Source: Vicugna vicugna
Taxonomy: Eukaryota
Direction: 5' to 3'
Assembly: GCA_013265495.1 (NCBI GenBank)
Contig: MU057719.1
Coordinates: 186,001 to 250,000, forward strand
Length of the DNA: 64,000 nt
The first letter of the stretch is position 1. Each line of letters begins with the position of its first letter. A program made the position numbers and the translations under genes. Below are positions 23,831 through 34,213 of the stretch, in pieces. The notes under the pieces are model-generated. The model saw nothing but the letters and a program-made list of their open reading frames with translations. It was not told the DNA's origin and searched no databases.

Positions 23831-26094
23831 GTGAGCTCAGGCCCCTGAGAGCTGTAAGCACTGAGGGGTCCCTGTACGCTCAGAAGGGGTGCCCGGGGCC
23901 CCAGAGGACTGGCCGGCCCAGAGCCACTGGGTGATCCCGTCCACCTGGCTGTTCACTGAGTGCCCACCGGGCGCCCAGAGGCCCCGGAGAATACGCCCTG
24001 CGTGGCCTGTGGAGCTTGCTGGCAGGTGGGAAGGGGACAGCCACAGCTTGTCCCAGGGACTCTGACTCCTCCACTCCCTGGGTGGCTTTGGATAAACAAT
24101 CTAATCACTGAGTTTCCTTGTGTGAAAACTGGAATAACACGAGGCCTCCGCCTGAGGGCTGCCATCAGGATAACGGAGCGACTCGTGGGCAGCGCTGACA
24201 GCAGAGCTAACGAACCCAAACCAGCCGATGCGTTAGCGCTCGGGCCTCCGGGGGGCGCCGCCAGGCCAGCTGGGCCTGGACAACAGAAGCCGGTGTCCCA
24301 GGCAGAGAGGCCACCAGAACGATCGTTTGGAGGTGGGGGAACCGAACGACTGCTGGGAAAAGGGCAGGAAATCGATGCAGCCCGTGGTGGAGGGTCCGCA
24401 GCAGGGGCCGAGGCAGCCACTGAGGACACGTGAGCAGGCGGCCAGGGCTGGACACTGGGCCCGAGGGCCCTCTCAGGCTGTCGGAGCCCGACCACAACTC
24501 CATGCAGCTGGGTCTGCGGGGCGGCACCGAGGAGAGGAACGGGCATTTCCCCTTTCTATGGGTACCCAGATCATCCGGGTGGGTGAGGGCCACCTGTCCT
24601 GTCTCCCAGCCCCCAGGGCAGGCCCTTGGGACTGGCACCTGCCTGGGTAAATTGAGGCAGGGCCGCAGCACTGAGGACGGCCGGCCAGACCGCATCAGGA
24701 AGGAGACACAGGAAGGATGGACAGAGCGTTAGTCAGCAGGCTCATGGCCAAGCTGGCTCCCAGGCCGTGTGCCAAGGGCATCCCTGTTCCCCCCACCCTG
24801 GGCTCAGGCGTTCTTCCCGTGGGCACAGCAATCAGCCCTAGGAGGCCTTGCACATGTGGGAAGATGGAGACTGGGCAGCAGACGCACCCTCAGCCCAGGC
24901 CTTCGGCCACCATGTCACTTCTCTGCCTCAACTGGTAGGCGTCCTGGCACGGCCACAACAGCGAGGACACGGGTGTGGGGGCCTTCTCCCTCCCCAGCCC
25001 CAAGCTGACAAGCCTCGGGCCGGGTTCACAGCTCCCAGGACAGAGCATGGGGGCCTCATCCTGCCAGGAGAGCACCCCACAGTTGGGGGATGGCTCCCCT
25101 CCTGTGCTCCACCTTGGGCTCCAACATCTCCTTCTGGAGCCTGCAGACCACGGCGCGGCGAGGGTGGGGGCTCATCCCGTTTCCCCTTTCACATCCTTGG
25201 CATTTATTTCAGTTCCATGGAGCCTGCGGGACCAACTGAAATAACCACCCGCCTCCATCAGTGCCCCCTAGGTCTCCTGCCTGTCTCTTCCACACCCAGC
25301 CTAAGTTGGGGGCCATCACCCATGGTTGGAACTGGGGTGGGAGGACCCTGGCTTCGCTGGCCTCCATCTGCCATCAAGGCAGCGGGCAAACCCTGTGAAG
25401 TGCACGTGGCCTCGCGGACGCCCCGTCACGGAGGCCCCATGCTGCGATGTCCACCACAGGGAGCAGGCAGGACCCACGCAGGTCCTGCCCGGGGGAGGCT
25501 GGCCAGGCACTGCGGGCGGGCTTGGGGACGCAGTGGGGAATGCTGCCTGGGCTGATGCGGGGAGAGACACGGGGCCACTTGGGCAACAGCGCCCATGGTC
25601 TGGCCTGATTCTGCCTGGTTCCTCTCCCCCACCCACCGTGTCCACTTCCCTGTTGGGCAGGGTCAGGTGGAGAGGACTCAGGGATGTCGACGGCCCTCCC
25701 GCGTGGACGCGAGGGCCGAGCAGCAGGCCCTTTCTGACAACAGCAGAAGTCAGGGATCCTCGCTGGTTCCGGCACCGTGACTTCGCGGTTGTGGTTTTGA
25801 GGCGGGGGTGGGGGCGTGCTCCCCTTGAACTCCACCCACATTGCCATGAATGTGGGGAACCCCAAGCTTTGATGACACACTATGAAGCCTAAAGCTGAAG
25901 TCAGCCCCCAGGGAAGGAGCTCTGGGGGCCAGGGGTGGAGGCAGGGGTTGAAGAGACCGAGACCTCCCCAGGAATGGTGGCCAGAGGCCGAGCACAGGGC
26001 TCAGACCACAGCCACACTAACTGGGCCTAACTGATGAACGAAGACCAGATGGCAGGTGACCAGCAGGGCAGGGGTGAACATCTGGCACCCCTCA

Positions 26095-26150
26095 CCCTGG
26101 ATTCAACAAGCTCCTACTGTGTGCCAGGAGCCTCACTGTGTGCAGGAAGG
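26095..26150 (-). mobile_element. L2 3'-end relic
   Basis: ATTCAACAAGCTCCTACTGTGTGCCAGG. Confidence 0.55.
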
Positions 26151-27799
26151 AGGTGGTCCCGCAAACCCCTGAATCCCCAGCACTGCCCCACCCCTGCCCC
26201 CAGACAGGCTAACAGTGCCAAGGGGCACCAGGCACCCCCAAGGTTTGGGGGCATCACGGCCACCCTCGGCCCTGTGTCTCTGCACACTCGGGCTCACACA
26301 CATGCCCTTGGGGCGTGCAGGGTGGGCATCAGGCCTCGGTGCCACCAAGGAGCCTCCTGGGGCTCTGAGAGCCAGCAGGTGCCGCCACTGTCCCGGTTCC
26401 CAGGGGACAGGTGCACGCCCAGTCTGCGCCTGTCCTCTCACCCAGCGGAGTCATACAGCCAGCAAGAACGCGGGTGTGGAGGCTACGCTACAAACAACAC
26501 GGCCAGGCCCTGAAGGCAGCCGAGACCCCCTCAGGCCAACACCTCAGGCCTTCTGCCTGCTTCTGGAAGGCTAGGTGACAGGAGGGGGCACCCGAAGGCC
26601 CAGCTCTTCTGTACCCGTCCTCCAGGCACAAAGGGGCTGACAAGGTCACCCTGGAAGAGCCAGTGAGATCTTCCACCAAAACCAGCTCGGGACAGGCCCA
26701 GCTGATGGGCAGCGAGCTGGCCCCAGACCTCAGTGGCGCCCCCAACCTCCTGGGCCGGGGGTGGGGTGGGCTGCCCTGGAGGCGGCCTGGCCCAAAAGCA
26801 GCGGGGAGTGCCCAGGACACGATGCCCAGACTAGCTGTGTGGCTCTGGACGGCGGGGCCTGCCCCGGGGTGCCCTCTCTGGAGGGCTGTCCTGCAACCTC
26901 ACGGAGGTGGTGCGCCTGAGCTCCCCACCACGGGGCCCTGTCCTGCTCGGGGGACCCTCCGCTATGGAACCCAAACTTGAATGACACTCCAGGCAAAGGC
27001 GTGCCTCCTATTTCAGGAGGACAGTCTGAGCCCAGACAGAAGCAGCACTCCCAGGATTCCAGCAGGTCTCCCAGAAGTCTCACAAGGAACCCAGCAGGAA
27101 CCCACCGGAGCTAGGACGGGAGATGCCCAGCCGGGGTCCTGGGAACTCAGGGCACCGCTGCAGGGGCTCGGGCGAGAGGCACCCAGGGTGGGGAGGGTGG
27201 ACCGGGCCTGCGGGTCCCCACAGCAAGACCTGGCTGAGTCAGGCCACCAGGCGCCAGCTGCCCCCTTGCCTGGACACAACTCCAGGAGCAAACTGTTCAG
27301 AGAAGCCCCTGAGCACACGTGACCGCGGACCACAGAGAAGACCGCTGAGCCCAGCAGGCGGTCTGAAGCCACAGCAGGACTTGGGCCTGGCAGCCCGAGT
27401 AGGGACGTGTGTTCCCCAAGCCTGGGAGTCTGGGCAGGGAGCTCCAGACACCCGGCACGGGTGTGAGCGGAGACCGGGAGGGTGAGGGCCCGGGGCCAGG
27501 GAAGGGAGGGGCAGCAGAGAGGCCCGGGGCTCCAGGGAGGCGGGCTGAAGCCTGAGGACTGTGCAGACCCCACCCTACAGAGCTCGGTGGCACGGGGCAG
27601 GAGCCCCCCACCAAGGGGGCCTTGCTGGAACAGAGGGCCAGCAAGGGAGCTCAGCTGATGACCTCGGGGGCCGGAGTCAGCCAGACCTGGGCTCAGACCC
27701 AGGCTGAGGCCGCCTCTCTGAGACTGTGTCAGAGAGGTTGGAAGTGAGAGCACCTGACTCCCGGCCCCGCCCTCCAGTCCAGGCCCCGCCCACACTTAC

Positions 27800-28065
27800 C
27801 TGCGGGCNNNNNNNNNNNNNNNNNNNNNNNNNNNNNNNNNNNNNNNNNNNNNNNNNNNNNNNNNNNNNNNNNNNNNNNNNNNNNNNNNNNNNNNNNNNNN
27901 NNNNNNNNNNNNNNNNNNNNNNNNNNNNNNNNNNNNNNNGCTGCCCCGGTGCGCCGAGCGAGGAGCCGATGCCAGGCCCCAGGGAGGGGTGCAGCGAGGG
28001 AGCAGCCATGGAGCCGCGCCCTGTGGGGGAGCTGAGGGAGGAGGAGGTCACCTGGGTGGAGAAGT
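27800..28065 (-). CDS. RXRA: RXRA exon 2 (A/B, AF-1 region), interior masked by N gap
   Basis: Acceptor TGCAG|AC (AG at 28067-28066), donor CAG|GTAAGT (GT at 27799-27798). Encodes DFSTQVTSSSLSSPTGRGSMAAPSLHPSLGPGIGSSLGAPGQ...SPQ. Length 266 nt, as expected for the 467-aa form. Confidence 0.96.
27808..27939. other. Assembly gap (132 N) inside exon 2
   Basis: Run of N seen directly. Confidence 0.99.
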
Positions 28066-30022
28066 CTGCAAGACAAGAATCCACAGGAGGCCGGTCAGGA
28101 ATCCACACCGACTAGCCTGCCACCCCTCAGGCCACAGCGGCCACACCAGGCCTTGGAAAGGCAAGAGACAGCCCTGGGCAGGGCCCCAGGCGCCCCCACC
28201 TGCTCCTCAGCCCCACTGATGCAAATTCACACCCAGAGCTCCCCGCCAAGGCACCAGCCCCACCCGGCCCGGCTTTAAGGTTCAGGCTGGGCCCGAGGCA
28301 GGTGCAGGGAAAGCAGGCTGACGGCTGCTCTGAGACGCCTATCTGGGCAGGGAGGCCAGGGCGCTGTCCCTGAACCTGCAACCCCACGGGGCCTGTCCAC
28401 CTGGAATGCCCGGTAGCCGGGAGTTGCCAGCCCCCTGCCCGTCCACTCGGAGGTCAAGGTGAGAGTCTGGGAACAATAACAATAGCGAACGCTGACACCT
28501 CAGAGCACCTACCACGCAGCGCAAACAAGCCCACATCCTCACTGCAGCTCAACACGCCGCACCAGCAGGTACACGCCAGGCGCTGCTGCTAACCCGCTTT
28601 ACAGGTAGGGGCCGAGGCCCTCTGTTCTGCAGCTGCTTCGGGCAGGGCGGGCCAAGACACCAGACCTCCGGCCCCTCTGACTCAGGGGCCCCAGAGAGGT
28701 GCCACTTCCTGTGTGCCCAGGCCAGGCGGCGTGTGGCCCAGGGCGGGGAGCTTCGAGGTGGGTCTGGTGGAGGGGGCCCAGGAGTGTGCCAGGCCTGGAG
28801 ATGGGGAACCCACAGAGGCTGTGAAGGGAAGCTGGGACCTCCCACAGACCAGCCTTTCATCTCTGGGATTTCAAAGCCCCAACATGTGCTAATTAGGCCT
28901 CCCTCCCCACCCTGAGGGCTCAGCAGGAAGCTTCCCCAGGAGGGAGGCTCTCAGGTGGTGAATCCACCGCCCCAGGGACCTAGCAGAACTGAAGGGAACT
29001 CAGAGAGGCCCAAACAAGGCAGTGGGAGCTGGAGCTGCAGGCCACAGCTGAGTCCAGCCTCTGCCCAGCAAGGGGCTAAGCAAGCCACACTCCCTCCCCA
29101 GGCCTCAGCCTTCCCATCTGCAAAATGGCCTGTTGGGGCCCTTTCCCACCAGTCCTGCAGTGATCACACATGCTTCTGAGATGTCGAGTGGGCCACAGGT
29201 GCAATGGAGTGGCTTCTGTCCACGCACCAACAGGTCAGGGACATGCCCTACTGACACCACTCAACAGCCCTAGGATGACTTCGCTTGTCTGAACCTGGGA
29301 GTGGCCGTGCCCTGAGCATCCCCCAAGTGCCAGGCTCGGAGCAGGAAAACCCTGTGTGTGCATCGCCCCCAGGTCCTCTCGTCGACACTGGTCAGTGGTG
29401 CAAGCTGGGTCTCAGACACACACCGTCACGCTGCAGGACACCGCCACCCACAGGGAGGGTTGCGACTCAAGCAGGCCTGACTCTGTCCAGCCAGAGCCGA
29501 GCTCTCCCCTCAAGAATCTGTCCATGGAGGTGCTGGGCTGCGGCCAGCCCGTGGGGCGGGGCAGTCCCCACAGGAACACAGGAGGCCCTGCCACTCCTGC
29601 AGGCCCCCTCCTCTGGGAGCACTTACCCATTTCCAACCTGCAGCCCCCACCTCTGGGCACCTCCTCCCTTGCTCCCCTTCTGAGGGAAGAGGAGCACAGG
29701 AAGGAGTCTGGAATTGCTCATTCAAGCCAGGGAGTGGAGGCTAGCAAAAGAGCCTCATCAGATCCATGTGAAACCCTGGCCATTCACAAAATTGGGAATA
29801 AACCATTTCACTGAACTTGAAAATAAGAGCTTTAAGAAATTCCGGAACTCGATGGCAGCGACACCTATTGGCAGAGATGGGTACTACAAACCAGCCCTAC
29901 TAGACATTCAGATCCCTGCACCCACGGGTGGACGCCAAACATGCATGCCCAGGTGTCTCCCCAGGGTGGCGGGAGAGGACGGGCAGGAAGAGCAGCAGAC
30001 CCAAGGTCTGGCTGCACTTCCT

Positions 30023-30035
30023 TGACCTCTGAACT
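30023..30035 (-). promoter_or_regulatory. Perfect DR1 nuclear-receptor element AGTTCA-G-AGGTCA
   Basis: Plus strand TGACCTCTGAACT; both half-sites match RGKTCA. Motif only, function untested. Confidence 0.55.
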
Positions 30036-33000
30036 CTTGTGGCCATGTCCACCCATCTGGGACAGACAAGGAAACAGGCACTCGTGCCAGTCGCCCAGAC
30101 TCCCCAGAATGTGCGGTTGCTGCCAGGCAGAGCACCACTGTTGTTTCCACCAGGCCGCGGGGATACCCAAGAGCCCACCTCCCCGGCCCTCCACCGACCC
30201 TGGCTGAGGATCCCTGAGCCCACTTCACCCCGTGCAGGCGCCTCCCCTTCACACAGTCCCGGGAAGCGCCCTGCTGACCTCGAGCAGGGAGGGAGAGCAG
30301 AGCCAAGTGGGGGCTGCGCAGTCTGCACCAGAGCACAGGGGAAGCCGCTGGGGGACCGGGCTGGGCTGGGAGCGGGGTCCCAGCCCCACTGGTGCATGCA
30401 GAAGCCTAAGGGCCTGGCCACCCTGCGGAGCTGCCCACCTTGCTTCTGGGGATCTGAGGCCAGAATTCTCACAGCTTCTCCACCTCCACCCCCTGCCCAG
30501 GTGATCCTGGCGGACCTGAGGGCTCTGAATTAGAGGAGAGGACTGGGGGCTTCTCGGGGGCTGCCCTCCTCAAGGGGCAGGGTGTAGCTGGCAGTGACCA
30601 TCCAGGGCAGGGCCTGCTGCTGGCCCACCACCCCTGCATGGGTAGGGGCGTGCGGCTTCCAGCTCACACGGCTGCAGAGGCCGCCCCAGGCCAAGGGGGG
30701 CCGCTGGGCTTGAGCTCCTTGCTTATTTGCTTGTTTGCTTGCTGCGCCCCAGCAGGAAGGAGGGGGAGAGGCAGGAGAAAGCTCTGGCCGGAAGGAAGGA
30801 GGGAGGGAGGTGGCCTGTTCCACTGCCAGCTGCCAGGCTGCACCCCAAAGCTTCCTCAGGCCCCCAAGGGACCGCCCGCACCCAGCCCAAGTCTGAGAAC
30901 CGTCAGGAGATCACTAAGATGAGGGAAACAGGCAGGAGAGGAGAGCCAGGTGCAGGGGGTGCCAGGGGAGGGGCCCAGCTGCCAGCCTCTGGGTGCAGCC
31001 AACCCCCCAGATGTGAAGGGTGGGGGCCTGGCTCCTTAGGTAAGTTCCCACCCTCTGCCCCCCAGGCTCAAGTGTACAGTGACTGTCCCAAACTAGTGAA
31101 CCATGAGTCCCCCGGGAGGGGCTGCTCCAGCCAAAGCCCACCCAGGTGACCCCCGCTGCCCCAGGGCCCCCACTCCAGGCCCTTCCTGTTGACACAGAAC
31201 GTCCACGGCAGACACCTTCCCGGAGCCTGGGTGACAATGGGCTGGGTATGTTTTCTGGAGCCTTCTGGAGAGACACTTTCTGGCCAGGAAGGGAATGTTA
31301 GGAAGAAAAGGACAGAATGCTTAAATGCCCATGCTGGCAGAGGGGCCCCCCGCCACCCTCCACGTGCACGCAGGCTCAGCCTTTTCCGGGCCCCTATCTG
31401 TCCCCACCCACTGATAAGCAGTGGCTGCGATAAGGCGTTATTCTGAAACTCATACTTTGGACTTGCAGGGGACTTGTCACCAGCGGTCACCGCACGGTTA
31501 TCTGATCCTCAGCTCAGCCAGACTGGCGGGGCCAGGGCTGCAGGACGCCAGGCTCACACCAGACCCAGCCCTAGGAGAGGCTGACACCCGGCTGGCCCCA
31601 CCCGAGGCGGCAAAACCCAACTGCTGGACCTCTTCCGCTCAGAACCTGGGCCTCACCGGGCCAGGACGCAGCACCTCACACCACTTACAGCCTCCATGCC
31701 CCTTGGGACCAGCAGCAACCCGTGAGACTCAGGGCTCTGGGGATGGAGACCATGGCTCACAGGGACCCCCAAAAAGAGACAACCAGCGTCCAGGCAGAGG
31801 GACATCCTAGCAGCCCCAACTCGGGCAAAAAGACCTTGAAGCGCTGCCGGATTCAGTCCAGGAAGGCTGCATGGAAGAGGGGATAGACAGATCTCTCCCT
31901 TGACACAAAAAGTGTTTCAGGCCATAAAACTCACTTTAAAATGCAAACCTCTGGAGGCCAGAAGCGGAAGCCACGAAGCAGAGGTGGGAGGTGGAAGGCC
32001 TGGGATGCCCGGGAGGCTGGGCGCCCAAAGCAGGAGAGCAGCAACCCCGGGCCCCAAGCGCGAGGGTCAACAGTAAAGGGAAAGAGCGCTGCAGGGGCGA
32101 CTGCCCCATCACAGGCGTGTGCAAGCAGAACTAGCACCTCCACTCGGGAACGGCCGAGCAGGTGGCCTCGAGGTCCCTGTGAGAAGGAAAAGGGACCTCC
32201 CCACTGATCAAAATCCCTGAGCTGCACAGGCCCCCTCCGGAAGGCCACCAGGACCCTCCTGCCCACCCCCACCCCACGCCCGACTCCCCAGCAGGAAGTC
32301 AGGGAACCCCCCCCCAAACTCCCTTCCGGCCTCTGCCTGGCAGACGGGGAAGGCGGGGGAGGTGGCAGGAAATACCAGCCCCACTGCTGCCGGGGTGGGG
32401 GCAAGCCCCCGGGACTCCAGCCCCTGCCAGGCAGCTAGGGAACCCTGACTCTTGAAAAGCGAGGCTCAGGGCTCCTCCATAGCCCTTCTGAATTTGCAGG
32501 CCCGATCAAGGCAGGGTCTAAGCAGGCCACAGGCTGGGGCCAAGGGCCCTGGGACAGGAGGACATCAGGCCCAGCCGAGCAGGAAGTCCAGCAGAGGCGG
32601 GGACAGGCAGCCCAACTGAATGAGCATGGGGACAGGTCCCGCGGGGCTGGAGTGAGCCGGGGACTTCAGAGAGGGCCCTGCAGGACAGCACAGAACAGGG
32701 AAAGTGGACAGGAGGGAAGGGGACACAAAGGGGTGAGGGAGAGCCCCCCCACCCGGGAGCCAGCACTGGACGGACGAAAACAGGACAGGTTTTAAGCACA
32801 ATGTGTCCATGTCCAGTCCCCCAACCCCTGCAGCTCTGTGCTCCGGCCTGGGGACAGCCCCGGAATCAAAGCCCCACCTCGGGGAGCTCGCAGGCCCTCT
32901 GGAGCTTCCTGGGACGCCCACCTCCAGCCCCCACCTTCCGGAAGGACTGCTTCCCCTGCCACCCTGGGGAGGGAGAAGTGGCAGCCCAGCGGGGACTGCG

Positions 33001-34125
33001 GTGGGACCACGGCGGGACCACGGCGCGTCGGGGTTTGGGGGAAGCTGGGGGTGGCTGGAGCAGAGAAGGGGGAGGCAGGCTCCATGGGGGAGGGGCCTCC
33101 AGAACTGGGGGTGGGGGGAGGCAGACGTGCCTGCGACACAGGGTGGGGCCGGCCCTGGTGGGGAGAACGCCCACCACTCAGTTTCACCTTCTGTAAAACG
33201 GACTGCGGGCTGCGAAATGAGGCGGCTCTGATGACCTAGAGAAGTGGGCCCCACGGGCCCTTGCAAGGTGGGGTCCCAGCACCTGCCGTGGGCCTGCTCT
33301 GACCTCCCTGCAGAGGGTGGACAAGACTCCGGGCCTGTCACCTCCAACCCAGGGGGCATGGCCAGCTCACTGCCTCCAGCCGAGGCAGTTTACAGCTTAG
33401 GTGACCTGGACTGAAATTTCAGTGCCACTAGGGTCACCCTACCCTTTCCCCAACCAATGTCCCCAGCCTCAAATCTCAGCTCCACGAGGAGGACAGGGGT
33501 CAGCTCAGCCCTCACAGGTCATCAGGAGAAACTCCAGCCCGCCTCCGGCCCTTCCCTAAGACCCTGGGGCCCCAAAGCCCAAGGCGGGCCCACACCAGGC
33601 AGGCAGCCTCAGGGGCCCCTCTGGAGAGGACCCCAACCGGCCAGAAGGAACCCAGCTCCACTCTGTGCCAGGCCCAACACTCCATGGGCCTGCGGGGGCC
33701 AGAATCCACGTCCCACCTCCACAAGGGGGACAAGCGTGGCCCAGACGCCACGGGAGAGATGAGGCGGCGGCGCGTGAACACGCATCTCCTTCACCCACAC
33801 CCCTCACCGCTCACAGACGCCGAAAGGAAGTGGCTCTACAGGCTTTTGCCCCTGGACACTCGACGGGGCTCCACCCCCGCAGGCCACACGGAGAGCATGG
33901 CCAGCCTCTCCCAGATACTACTGTCTACCACCATCCTACCCAGTCCTCCGCGACACTGGTGGGGATGGCCAGGGGAAGGGCTGAGGGGCGGCAGGCAGAG
34001 GGACGCTGAAGGCCGAGGGATAGGCAGGGCACTCTGAGGGACGGACACCAGGACCCCAACAACCCCTAGGCCGCAAGGGGACCCAGAGTGACCCAGGGGC
34101 TGCAGAAGCAGCAGAGTCTCCCAAA

Positions 34126-34213
34126 ATCACCACCATCACCGTCCTCACCATCATCCTGATCATCATCACCATCACCATCCTCACCATCCTCACCATCACC
34201 ACCATCATCCTCA
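34126..34213. repeat. Degenerate (CAC/CAT/CCT)n trinucleotide repeat
   Basis: atcaccaccatcaccgtcctcaccatcatcctgatcatcatcaccatcaccatcctcacc... Confidence 0.9.
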
